Shown: piece by piece, positions 35,759 to 45,139 of the stretch
How positions within the stretch are numbered: the stretch's first letter is position 1
Layout: every line of letters starts with the position of its first letter
Source of the DNA: Bacteroidales bacterium
Lineage (GTDB): Bacteria; Bacteroidota; Bacteroidia; Bacteroidales; JAADJA01
Length of the DNA: 64,000 nucleotides
Reading direction: 5' to 3'
NCBI GenBank assembly: GCA_030596605.1
Contig: JAUVJI010000002.1
Location: forward strand, 2,904 to 66,903
Translations under genes and position numbers: made by a program
Notes under the pieces: generated by a model
Told to the model about the DNA's origin: nothing
Databases searched by the model: none
Seen by the model: only the letters and a program-made list of their open reading frames with translations

Positions 35759-37282
35759 ATGACATATATAGTAACAGGTGCGGGTTTAACAATCGAAGAT
35801 GTTGTTAATGTTGCCCGAAATAATGAAAAAATTGAATTGCATCCAGATGCATTAAAGCAAATAAAAAAATGCAGGGCGATGGTGGAAAAAAAGATAGATG
35901 CAAAAGAAATAATGTACGGTGTTAATACCGGCATTGGTGAATTTTCTGAAGTAGTATTAACAGATGATCAGGTCGGGGAATTTCAAAAGTACCTGATCTA
36001 TAATCATGCAGCGGGAATAGGCGAGCCCATGCCTTTGGATTATGTTAGGGGAGCCATGCTTGGCCGTGTCAATGTTCACGCCCATGGAAATTCAGGTGTA
36101 AGGCATGAAATTACACTAACTTTAGTGGCGATGCTTAATAAAGGGGTTACTCCGTGGGTGTGCCGGAAAGGTTCTGTCGGAGCATCAGGTGACCTTGCTC
36201 CCATGTCGCAGATCGCGCTGCTTTTGATGGGAGAAGGTAAAGCATATTATAAAGGTGAACTTTATCCGGGGAAAGAAGCAATGGATAAAGCAGGAATAGA
36301 GATTCCCGGATTAAAAGCAAGAGACGGACTGGCGACCATCAATGGCTCCAACGTACTTACTGCCATGAGCGCCCTATTTTTGTATGATGCTAATCGTTGG
36401 CTGAAACAGGCTGAAATTGCTGCATCTATGTCGCTTGAGGCTTTAAAGGCAAACATGCGGCCCTATACAGCCAAGCTTCATGAAGCTCGTGGATTTAAAG
36501 GCGCTGTTCGTAGTGCCAATGCAATAAATAGAATGGTTAAGGGTGGCGATTTAAAAGAAGGAAGGGTTCCGCATAAAGTTCAGGATGCATATTCAATGCG
36601 GTCAACACCACAGGTTATTGGAGCTGCACATGATGCTTTGGCATATGCCAGATCACAGGTGGAAATTGAGTTAAACGGCGTTGGCGATAACCCGGTATTC
36701 TTCCCTGATGAAAACATTCAGTTATCAGGCGCTAATTTCCAGGGAACACCTGTCTCGTTACCGATGGATATGGCAGGCATTGCCATTACCATGGTAAGTG
36801 TGATGTCGGAAAGAAGAATGAACCGGCTGAATAATCCTGCTTTGAGTGTTGGATTACCTGCATTTCTTACCAAAGGGGCAGGAATGTTTTCAGGTTTAAT
36901 GCTGAGCCAGTATACCGCAGACATGCAAATCGTAGAACAAAGAATTTTGTCCACGCCGGCTTCAATCCAGTCAATACCGGCTGCTGCCGACCAGGAAGAT
37001 TTTGTTTCGATGGGAATGAATACGGCCATTAAAAATTTCCAGATATTGGACAATGCTTATGGTATTCTTGGAATTGAGCTTATGGCTGCTGCCCAGGCAT
37101 TGGATTTCCGTGAGTACAATTTCGGCAAGGGTGTTACAAAGGCCAAAGAAATAATCAGAAAATATGTTGAATTTTTGGATATTGACAGACCCCTTTATGA
37201 CGATCACAATAAAATGAAAGACCTGGTTGAATCTTGCGAAATTCTTGAGGAGGTAGAGAAAGAGGTAGGAAGCTTAGAATAA
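35759..37282 (+). CDS. MIO-dependent aromatic amino acid ammonia-lyase family, histidine ammonia-lyase-like
   Basis: GSVGASGDLAPMS carries the Ala-Ser-Gly MIO-forming triad, and YGVNTGIGEF is present. LIYNHAAGIG has His at the position where HAL has S-H, which is more HAL-like than PAL/TAL. No hutU or hutI is nearby. Confidence 0.75.
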   Translation: MTYIVTGAGLTIEDVVNVARNNEKIELHPDALKQIKKCRAMVEKKIDAKEIMYGVNTGIGEFSEVVLTDDQVGEFQKYLIYNHAAGIGEPMPLDYVRGAMLGRVNVHAHGNSGVRHEITLTLVAMLNKGVTPWVCRKGSVGASGDLAPMSQIALLLMGEGKAYYKGELYPGKEAMDKAGIEIPGLKARDGLATINGSNVLTAMSALFLYDANRWLKQAEIAASMSLEALKANMRPYTAKLHEARGFKGAVRSANAINRMVKGGDLKEGRVPHKVQDAYSMRSTPQVIGAAHDALAYARSQVEIELNGVGDNPVFFPDENIQLSGANFQGTPVSLPMDMAGIAITMVSVMSERRMNRLNNPALSVGLPAFLTKGAGMFSGLMLSQYTADMQIVEQRILSTPASIQSIPAAADQEDFVSMGMNTAIKNFQILDNAYGILGIELMAAAQALDFREYNFGKGVTKAKEIIRKYVEFLDIDRPLYDDHNKMKDLVESCEILEEVEKEVGSLE

Positions 37283-37377
37283 TAAACTTATGCTTGTATT
37301 TGAATTAAAAATATCAATTCGGCTAAATATTATTTTAATGTGTTGGGGATTGTTTGCAGAATCTGAATATGTTATCC

Positions 37378-37465
37378 CTTTGTGTAACTCTGTGGATTCT
37401 TTGTGTAACTCTGTGATATAGCTATTGCACAAAGAGCCACGGAGAAGACTCAAAGTTACACAAAG
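37378..37465. repeat. Nested palindromic element with 21-bp-spaced direct repeats
   Basis: CTTTGTGTAACTCTGTG occurs at 37378-37394 and 37399-37415. Inverted copies are CACAAAGAGCCACGGAG (about 37429-37445) and AGTTACACAAAG (37454-37465). Confidence 0.6.
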
Positions 37466-37499
37466 AAAAAACAAATATTATGATTTAAGAAGTAAATAT

Positions 37500-37934
37500 A
37501 TGGAAAACCTAAATTTTCCACAAATTACCGAATCTCAAAAAAAGCGGCCGGATTTACTAACAATATTGTGTATACTGACTTTTATCGGTAGTGGTATGGC
37601 TGCTTTTTCAAACCTTTTTATTTATTTGTCCTTTGACGAGGTGATGAACATATTGGGGGAATTTGAGATTGATTTTCCTGAGTTCAAAATGATCATGTCT
37701 GGCGGAAAAAAATTCTTCCTTACCGGATTTATATTTTATACGATATCCCTGGCCGGGGCGATGCAAATGTGGAAACTCAGGAAAATTGGATTCCACCTGT
37801 ACACAGGAGCACAGGTATTTATCTTATTGTTACCTTTGGTATTAATTGAGAACTTCCAGTTTTCTTTTTTGAGTTTATTTGTTACTGCTGCATTTATTAT
37901 TGCATATGCTTCAAATCTTAAATATATGTCATAA
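37500..37934 (+). CDS. Small polytopic membrane protein (hypothetical), paralog 1
   Basis: The ATG at 37500 follows the palindromic element. The earlier TTG-type start at 37425 would read through that element. Shares RPDLLTILCILTFIGSG... and MWKLRKIGFHLY with the next gene. Confidence 0.6.
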   Translation: MENLNFPQITESQKKRPDLLTILCILTFIGSGMAAFSNLFIYLSFDEVMNILGEFEIDFPEFKMIMSGGKKFFLTGFIFYTISLAGAMQMWKLRKIGFHLYTGAQVFILLLPLVLIENFQFSFLSLFVTAAFIIAYASNLKYMS

Positions 37935-37946
37935 ATAATAAATAAA

Positions 37947-38345
37947 GTGCAAAAAAATAAGAATACACCACAAAGGCCTTTTTTTCTTTCGATACTATGT
38001 GTTATTGTATTTGTGTATTCAGCTTTATTCATTTTAATGTTTATATCTGTTGTCCTGTTTCACAATTGGATAACAACAATACTCAATGATTTTTTATCGG
38101 GTGAAGGTTTTAATGATCAATTTATTTTTATTCTGAGCCTGGCAGGGACACTCCTTTATGGCCTGTCATTTTTAGGGGCCTATTTCATTTGGAAACTAAA
38201 ACGATTTGGATTTTATTTATATGCACTTAGTTCAATAGCTTTAATTACAGCGCCTTACTTTTTCAATCTGGGAAGTATAATCAGTTCGATTATTCTAATT
38301 GTATTGATACTCTCCTTTGCTCTCTATTACAAAAAATTGAATTAA
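37947..38345 (+). CDS. Small polytopic membrane protein (hypothetical), paralog 2
   Basis: GTG start. RPFFLSILCVIVFVYS... and IWKLKRFGFYLY parallel the preceding gene. Confidence 0.55.
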   Translation: MQKNKNTPQRPFFLSILCVIVFVYSALFILMFISVVLFHNWITTILNDFLSGEGFNDQFIFILSLAGTLLYGLSFLGAYFIWKLKRFGFYLYALSSIALITAPYFFNLGSIISSIILIVLILSFALYYKKLN

Positions 38346-38661
38346 TTGATGGATATATGAATTAATAATACTTATATTTGCAATAAGATTGCTTAAATGT
38401 ATTGGGCTAATTAACAATATAATGTAACTCGAAAAACTCGGATGATAGCATTAATGAATGAAGTTATTAAAAAATAATTGTTAATTTAAAGTTAATTTTT
38501 ACTTCTTTTGTATATTCGTTCTTTCTATTTTGCAATCAATTTATGCAGGATTAAAAGTATTTCAGTTATAAATTATAGCAATATTTTAATTTTAAGTACA
38601 ATTAATAATTCAAATATATAGGACAAATAATATTAATATTTACTAACCAAATTCTTATGTT

Positions 38662-41600
38662 ATGAGAAAATTTACTCTTTTTATTGCATTTTTATTTTTT
38701 GTAGGGATGCAAGTTTTACAAGCTCAAGACAGGGAAATAACGGGTACTGTCACCAATCCGGATGACGGTCAACCTATCCCTGGCGTTCAGGTTGTTGTTA
38801 AAGGTACCACAGTAGGTACTGTAACCGACCTCAACGGTAATTATTCACTAAACGTTCCGCCCAGTGCAGAAATTCTGGTATTTAAATATATCGGGTTCCA
38901 GGAACAGGAGATCACTATTGGAGACCAGAAGTCTATTAACGTCGAATTATCGGAGAGTATGACGGCCCTGGATGAAATTGTTGTCACCGCGCTGGGTGTC
39001 ACAAGGGAGAAAAAGGCCCTTGGCTACTCTGTGCAGGATGTTAGCGGCGATGAAATTAATAAGGCACGCACGCCGGATGTAATCAACAGTCTGTCAGGTA
39101 AAGTATCAGGCATTCAAGTTACATCCTCCGGAAATCTTGGTGGTTCATCAAGGATCCTTATCAGGGGAGCTTCATCAATTACCGGTGAAAATCAGCCACT
39201 GTTTGTTGTGGATGGTGTTCCTGTTGATAATGCTAATTATTCGGAGGCTAATACAAATAGAGGCGCCGGTGGTTATGACTACGGATCAATGGGATCCGAC
39301 ATTAACCCGGATGACGTTGAATCTGTTTCCATACTAAAAGGTCCTGCCGCATCTGCACTTTATGGCTCCAGAGCAGCCAATGGTGTTATCCTCATTACTA
39401 CCAAAAAAGGTAAAGTGAGTACAAAAGAAGGTAAAAGAGGAATAGGCGTTAGCTATAATTTCGGGTATACCTGGGAAACTCCTGCTATTTTACCTGAGTA
39501 CCAAAATGAGTATGGCGGAGGATATGGATTTGATACTTTATGGGCACAGCCGAACGATCCCGATTGGATGGCAAAATATATGCCCAATGGTAGTGGCCAT
39601 TACACTGCGCCTAATGGACAAACATATGACTTAATGGCTCAATATGCTGTTGATGAAAGCTGGGGACCGAAATTGGAAGGACAAATGTACCGCCCCTGGT
39701 ACTCATATGAACCTCAAATCGGTGAATATTTCGGAGCAAGTGTTCCCTGGGAGGCACATCCTGATAATGTAAAAGATTTCTATCAAACCGGCCACACCAT
39801 GACCAATAATGTTGCTTTGACCGGTGGTAGTGAAACTGCATTCTTCAGGTTGTCATATACCAATCTGAAACAACAGGGCATCATGCCTAACAGCGAGTTG
39901 AAAAAGAACACGATAAATTTTAACGGTTCAACTAAACTTGGAAAAAAACTCACTGCATTTACAAGCATTAATTATGTAAATCAAGCAGCTACAGGCAGGC
40001 CAAAAACAGGTTACGACGGTGATAACGTTATACAACAGTTTAATCAGTGGAGCCAGCGTCAGTGGGATCAGGAGGTCATGGAAGAGTACTGGCAGAATCC
40101 TGATGGAACTCAAAATACATGGAACAGAACATCTTATAGCAATGCATTTCCAAAATATACTGATAACCCGTATTGGACCAGGTATATGAATTACCAAAAT
40201 GATGGTCGCGACAGGTTATACGGTAACGTTGGTTTAACTTACCAGTTACTTGACTGGCTATCGGTTACAGGAAGATATGGACTGGATACTTATACTGACA
40301 GGAGAGAGGAAAGAATTGCAGTAGGTTCCAATAATATTTCGGAATATATGGAAGCCATCAGGACATTTTCAGAAAGCAATATGGAATTCTTAGTCCAGGC
40401 TAAAAAGAATTTAACTGAAGATCTTTCATTAGAAGTTGACTTTGGCGGTAACCGCAGAACAAATATTTATCAGCGGAATCAAGGAAGTACAAATGGTGGA
40501 CTGCCAATTCCTGAATTTTACAGCCTTACCAATACCACCAACCCGATAAGTGTTATTGATTATAAAGAAAAATACCAGGTTAACAGTTTATATGGAAGGG
40601 TATCTTTCGGATTTATGAGTATGTTATACTTAGATGTTACATTGCGTAACGACTGGTCATCAACATTACCCGAAGATAATAATTCCTATTTGTACCCATC
40701 AGTAAACTTTAGTTATGTATTCTCAGAAACACCCGGATTAGAAAGCCTGGATTGGCTTTCTCTCGGTAAAATCAGGTTTGGCTGGGCACAGGTAGGTAAC
40801 GATACCGATCCTTATCGTATTTACGGCACATATCGTGGTAAGGAGAATTTCGGAACAAACCCGGTTTATACAGTTCCTAATCCACTCAATAATGATGATC
40901 TGAAACCTGAAAAAACAACTTCATGGGAAGTTGGTGCCAATTTGGTATTCTTTAAAAATAACAGGTTAGGATTGGATATTACCTATTACGACATGAAAAC
41001 TGTTGACCTTATCTTCCCTGTAACCCTTTCAGGCGCTACAGGTTATCAGTCCACGATCATAAATGCGGGAGAGATGACAAACAAAGGTATTGAAGTGTTA
41101 TTAACAGGGTCACCGGTAAAAAATAAAAATTTCACCTGGGACATCATCGTGAACTGGGCAAAAAATAACAACAAACTTGTTGAACTGGACGAAGGTATTG
41201 ATAACTTACGTTTGGCAAATGCACCTTTCTCTGTATCTGTTAATGCTTTTGTTGGCGATCCTTATGGAACAATATTAGGATATGATTATACAATGGTTGA
41301 TGGCGAAAGATTGGTTGGCGCAAACGGAATGTATACCCGTTCTGACGAGATTGTACCCATAGGTACTGTTCAACCGGATTGGACAGGAGGTCTTGCAAAC
41401 AGCTTTACCTATAAAAACTGGAATTTGTACTTTTTGTTTGATATGAGGCAAGGTGGCCAGGTTTTCTACACATCTTACATGTGGGGTATGTACAGCGGTA
41501 TGTTAGAAGAAACTGTTGAAGACAATATCCGTGAGGATGGAATCGTACTCGAAGGAGTGATGGAAGATCCGAATAACCCCGGAACTTATATTACCAATAC

Positions 41601-41910
41601 TACTGTTCTCGATGCCGGAACTTATGGCTTGAACCACTACTATGTTAATTCCATGAATGTTTTTGATGCCGATTATATCAAACTTCGTGAGCTAAGTTTA
41701 GCATATACTTTACCAAATAAAGTATTGGAAAATACTCCCTTTACCAACTTAAGGATTGCTTTTATAGCTCGTAACTTATGGACATTTGGAACAGATATCA
41801 AGCATTTTGATCCTGAGCATGTTACCAACTCAGGTAATGTACAGGGTATTGAAGGAGGTCAGGTTCCAAGTACAAAGTCATACGGTCTCAATTTAAATGT
41901 TAATTTTTAA
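38662..41910 (+). CDS. SusC/RagA family TonB-dependent outer-membrane receptor
   Basis: Signal peptide. A carboxypeptidase-regulatory-like N-domain (ITGTVTNPDDGQPIPGVQVVVKGTTVGTVTDLNGNYSL). A plug domain (DEIVVTALGV...GASSI...PLFVVDGVP) and a long beta-barrel ending ...YGLNLNVNF. No STN/anti-sigma signalling extension. Confidence 0.92.
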   Translation: MRKFTLFIAFLFFVGMQVLQAQDREITGTVTNPDDGQPIPGVQVVVKGTTVGTVTDLNGNYSLNVPPSAEILVFKYIGFQEQEITIGDQKSINVELSESMTALDEIVVTALGVTREKKALGYSVQDVSGDEINKARTPDVINSLSGKVSGIQVTSSGNLGGSSRILIRGASSITGENQPLFVVDGVPVDNANYSEANTNRGAGGYDYGSMGSDINPDDVESVSILKGPAASALYGSRAANGVILITTKKGKVSTKEGKRGIGVSYNFGYTWETPAILPEYQNEYGGGYGFDTLWAQPNDPDWMAKYMPNGSGHYTAPNGQTYDLMAQYAVDESWGPKLEGQMYRPWYSYEPQIGEYFGASVPWEAHPDNVKDFYQTGHTMTNNVALTGGSETAFFRLSYTNLKQQGIMPNSELKKNTINFNGSTKLGKKLTAFTSINYVNQAATGRPKTGYDGDNVIQQFNQWSQRQWDQEVMEEYWQNPDGTQNTWNRTSYSNAFPKYTDNPYWTRYMNYQNDGRDRLYGNVGLTYQLLDWLSVTGRYGLDTYTDRREERIAVGSNNISEYMEAIRTFSESNMEFLVQAKKNLTEDLSLEVDFGGNRRTNIYQRNQGSTNGGLPIPEFYSLTNTTNPISVIDYKEKYQVNSLYGRVSFGFMSMLYLDVTLRNDWSSTLPEDNNSYLYPSVNFSYVFSETPGLESLDWLSLGKIRFGWAQVGNDTDPYRIYGTYRGKENFGTNPVYTVPNPLNNDDLKPEKTTSWEVGANLVFFKNNRLGLDITYYDMKTVDLIFPVTLSGATGYQSTIINAGEMTNKGIEVLLTGSPVKNKNFTWDIIVNWAKNNNKLVELDEGIDNLRLANAPFSVSVNAFVGDPYGTILGYDYTMVDGERLVGANGMYTRSDEIVPIGTVQPDWTGGLANSFTYKNWNLYFLFDMRQGGQVFYTSYMWGMYSGMLEETVEDNIREDGIVLEGVMEDPNNPGTYITNTTVLDAGTYGLNHYYVNSMNVFDADYIKLRELSLAYTLPNKVLENTPFTNLRIAFIARNLWTFGTDIKHFDPEHVTNSGNVQGIEGGQVPSTKSYGLNLNVNF

Positions 41911-41931
41911 TATTATAAAAACAACATAAAG

Positions 41932-43557
41932 ATGAAAACAATGAAAATATCAAATAAAAAGATAATTGGATTTGGATTTGTGCTGCTCTTCCTTGTATTT
42001 GGTTGTACGAAGAACTTTGAAGAGTTGAATGTAAATCCAAATGAACCTGTTGAAGTTCCTACATCGTACTTGCTAACTGATGGCCAGAAAGGTTTAATGT
42101 CATTTGTATGGGATGAATGGTGGAATGGCCGTTTTGGAATGTTATATTCACAATACTGGTCACAAGCATCCTATACAGATGAAAGCAGGTTTAAGCCCAG
42201 GGAAGGTGTTAACAATAACTACTGGATTTATTTTTATGCAGGCCGAGATGTAAATCCACCCGATGGTGAATTGAATGGTGGAGGCATGATGAGCCTGCAG
42301 CGAATCATAGAGTTAAATGAAGACCCTGAAACTGCAACAAAAGCATCTGTTTACGGTTCAAACAATAACCAGATCGCTGTTGCCAGGATATTAAAAGCAT
42401 GGATGTTCCAGATGTTAACGGATATCTGGGGATATATCCCTTATTCTCAGGCTTTAAATATTGCAGAGTATACGCTCCCGGCCTATGACAGCCAGGAGGA
42501 TATTTATTATGCACTTCTTGATGAACTTACAGCAGCTGTTGATCAGATAGATGACGGTGCAGGCCCTTCGGGAGATATGATTTATGGTGGCAATATGGCT
42601 AAATGGAAAATGTTTGCCAACTCCCTGAAATTGAGGATTGCTATAAGAATGTCTAAAGTAGCTCCAGGCGATGCAACAGCAGCAATTAATGACGCTGTGG
42701 CATCAGGAGTATTTGAAAGCAATGCTGATAACGCACAGTTAATATTCGAAATGGGGAAACCTAATAACAATCCATTGAACGAAAACCAGAAAACACGTTC
42801 GGATTTTGGAGTAAGTAAAACATTTATTGATTTTCTGTTAGCTCATAACGATCCGAGAATTGATTTTTATGCCAATAAACCGCTTAATAATACTGAGCAT
42901 GTTGGTTTTCCTTATGGGATGACAAATGGCGATGCAACACCAATTCTTGTTGATGAAGTGTCGATGCCGGGCAATGTTATATATGCACCCCAGGCACCGG
43001 GATTCTATATGAACTATGCTGAAGTATGTTTTATAATGGCAGAAATCGGTAATGATCAGGTATGGTATGAGAAAGGAATAGAAGCATCTATGAACATGTG
43101 GAATGACATTCTATCCACGACACCTACCGGATGGTACAGGATTGATAATAATCCTACTGATGTATTGCCAGCTCCTATTGACCAAACAGCTATTGATACA
43201 TATAAAGCCGATCCGATGGTAGCATGGGGTGGCGGTGTAGATCAATCAAAACTGATTGCCGAGCAAAAATATATTGCATTGTATCCCCAGGGATTACAAG
43301 CATGGTTTGAGTGGCGCAGAACCGGTTATCCGGAAGAACTGATAAAAGTAGGAGATGTTATTACCTATACAGTTGGCGCTGTTTCAGGAGAATATGAATT
43401 CACCTCATTGGCTCCAGCTCCAATAACAGCCGGAATTCCTGTAAGGATGACTTACCCGACAGACGAGCAAACACTGAATGGAAGCAGCAATGCCGATGCT
43501 GTGACCGCTCAGGGTGAAGACTACTTTAACACCAGGACATGGTGGGATATTGACTAA
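41932..43557 (+). CDS. SusD/RagB family nutrient-binding lipoprotein
   Basis: Lies immediately downstream of SusC. Lipoprotein signal ...LLFLVFGCTKNFEELNVNPN. A C-terminal W.EWRRTGYPE motif is typical of SusD-like proteins. Confidence 0.88.
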   Translation: MKTMKISNKKIIGFGFVLLFLVFGCTKNFEELNVNPNEPVEVPTSYLLTDGQKGLMSFVWDEWWNGRFGMLYSQYWSQASYTDESRFKPREGVNNNYWIYFYAGRDVNPPDGELNGGGMMSLQRIIELNEDPETATKASVYGSNNNQIAVARILKAWMFQMLTDIWGYIPYSQALNIAEYTLPAYDSQEDIYYALLDELTAAVDQIDDGAGPSGDMIYGGNMAKWKMFANSLKLRIAIRMSKVAPGDATAAINDAVASGVFESNADNAQLIFEMGKPNNNPLNENQKTRSDFGVSKTFIDFLLAHNDPRIDFYANKPLNNTEHVGFPYGMTNGDATPILVDEVSMPGNVIYAPQAPGFYMNYAEVCFIMAEIGNDQVWYEKGIEASMNMWNDILSTTPTGWYRIDNNPTDVLPAPIDQTAIDTYKADPMVAWGGGVDQSKLIAEQKYIALYPQGLQAWFEWRRTGYPEELIKVGDVITYTVGAVSGEYEFTSLAPAPITAGIPVRMTYPTDEQTLNGSSNADAVTAQGEDYFNTRTWWDID

Positions 43558-43583
43558 GATTTTTTTAATTGATTTAAAAAAGC

Positions 43584-43616
43584 AAAGGCTGATCAAAATG
43601 ATCAGCCTTTGTTGTT
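43584..43616 (+). terminator. Hairpin after SusD
   Basis: AAAGGCTGATC-AAAAT-GATCAGCCTTT is a perfect 11-bp stem followed by GTTGTTT. Confidence 0.6.
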
Positions 43617-43636
43617 TAAATGGGAAGCCAGATTTA

Positions 43637-44890
43637 ATGAGGTTAGTATTAGTAGCATTTTCGGTTTTATTATTATCAATTACCGGCCTTTGCCAACGTG
43701 AACAGGCAACAGGTAAAACCGTTCCCGTTATGAGCCTTTATGACCTGGGCAGGGTGGGTTATGATCTCGCTGATAAGAAAAACCTGATTTATGATACAAC
43801 CTACATTCCTTACTGGATTGAAAAATATACTGATTCGATTATATCAACCAATCAATTTGCTTCACTTTATCCGGAAAGTGAAATCCTGGATGAAGAAATA
43901 ACAATTATACCACCTGATTTAGATGATGCTATTGATGCAATAGTGATCATGTGGTATTTACAAAATCTATCATCATCAGAAGGGATCGTTAATTTGATGA
44001 TATTAACATTAAACACCGATTCACTTATTTATTATCATACCGATATAAATAATAATCGAAACTTCAACGATGATGGACCGCCGTTTACTTTCACCGATAA
44101 ACAGCGGGATAAGCTTATCACCATTATTGACAACAATACTGTATATGAATTTCAGGTTAATAACATTAGCTATAAAGCTTCCGGATATTATTCACTGAAG
44201 CCTGGTGAAAAAGACTTTATCTGGAAATTCAATGATAAAAAACCTTCTCTATCTTTTTCCTTCTCTATATCCACCGGAAAAGGAGATCCTGAAATGCACT
44301 ATAGTCCAAGATCACCTTCTGATACAACAGAAGTAGTTTACACTTGCTCTGTTTTTTCTTCTTTCAATTTTGAATCCTTACTTGGTGTTTCGTACTACAG
44401 GTTTTATTTAAACCTGTTTGTTGCTTATGAAAAAGAAGAAACCGGATCAAATTTCGAATACATATATATCAACAAACCTGAATCGAATGATATCGAAAAA
44501 AGACATCGTACAAATACCGGGGCATGGCCGGAGTATAAGCTATTCTACGGAGGATTACTTGCTTATGATATACCGATCTTCAGACCTTTTAGAATATCCC
44601 CATATATTGGAATTGGCAGTTGGATATATTTAAAAGATCATCCCTTTTTGAAAAGAGATGACTATGAAAATAGATACATTGATGAATATTTTAAAAACAA
44701 GATCTATTATACCTTTGGTCTTGATTTAAAATACCTGCTTTCAAAAAAAAGTACATTATTCGTTCATTCAGGCTATAAAATGCTAAAGTACGATGCCTCA
44801 GAATATTTTATTAATGCAGACCCACAATCATTTGAATTAAAATACGACTTGTGGTATATAGGAGCCGGGGTCTCATTTCGGTTAAATTAA
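43637..44890 (+). CDS. Hypothetical secreted or outer-membrane protein (beta-barrel-like C-terminus)
   Basis: The start at 43637 (MRLVLVAFSVLLLSITGLCQ) lies after the SusD terminator hairpin. Earlier in-frame starts overlap SusD or the hairpin. The C-terminal alternating pattern ends ...YIGAGVSFRLN. Confidence 0.6.
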   Translation: MRLVLVAFSVLLLSITGLCQREQATGKTVPVMSLYDLGRVGYDLADKKNLIYDTTYIPYWIEKYTDSIISTNQFASLYPESEILDEEITIIPPDLDDAIDAIVIMWYLQNLSSSEGIVNLMILTLNTDSLIYYHTDINNNRNFNDDGPPFTFTDKQRDKLITIIDNNTVYEFQVNNISYKASGYYSLKPGEKDFIWKFNDKKPSLSFSFSISTGKGDPEMHYSPRSPSDTTEVVYTCSVFSSFNFESLLGVSYYRFYLNLFVAYEKEETGSNFEYIYINKPESNDIEKRHRTNTGAWPEYKLFYGGLLAYDIPIFRPFRISPYIGIGSWIYLKDHPFLKRDDYENRYIDEYFKNKIYYTFGLDLKYLLSKKSTLFVHSGYKMLKYDASEYFINADPQSFELKYDLWYIGAGVSFRLN

Positions 44891-44949
44891 TAGACCTATA
44901 TACCCAATTTACTTTTTAACTTTTAACCTTATTCCCCCTTACTTAATTT

Positions 44950-44985
44950 ACCGTTAACTGATTTCATGCAACCGCTAACTTACTT
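44950..44985 (+). promoter_or_regulatory. Candidate LytTR-type operator upstream of P6
   Basis: ACCGTTAACTGATTT (44950-44964, exact) and ACCGCTAACTTACTT (44971-44985), 21-bp register. Lies 155-190 nt upstream of the start at 45140. Confidence 0.6.
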
Positions 44986-45139
44986 GGTCTTGTTTTTTAA
45001 TTTCAATTTATGTAATTTGCGATGTTTTTAAATTTAGAGTTGTAATGTATATTAATTAAGTATTTTTGTAATATTTAATTTACCTCTTAAATAGAAATTT
45101 ATAAAATAATAATTTGTTTAATTTTAAAAAAAATCAACT

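Noticed and set aside
37425-37499. Upstream start of the 37425-37934 ORF
   Set aside because: It would translate the nested palindromic element. The ATG at 37500 gives an N-terminus parallel to the paralog at 37947.
43514-43636. Upstream starts of the 43514-44890 ORF
   Set aside because: They overlap the SusD 3-prime end and read through the perfect 11-bp terminator hairpin at 43584-43610. The signal-peptide-like MRLVLVAFSVLL begins at 43637.
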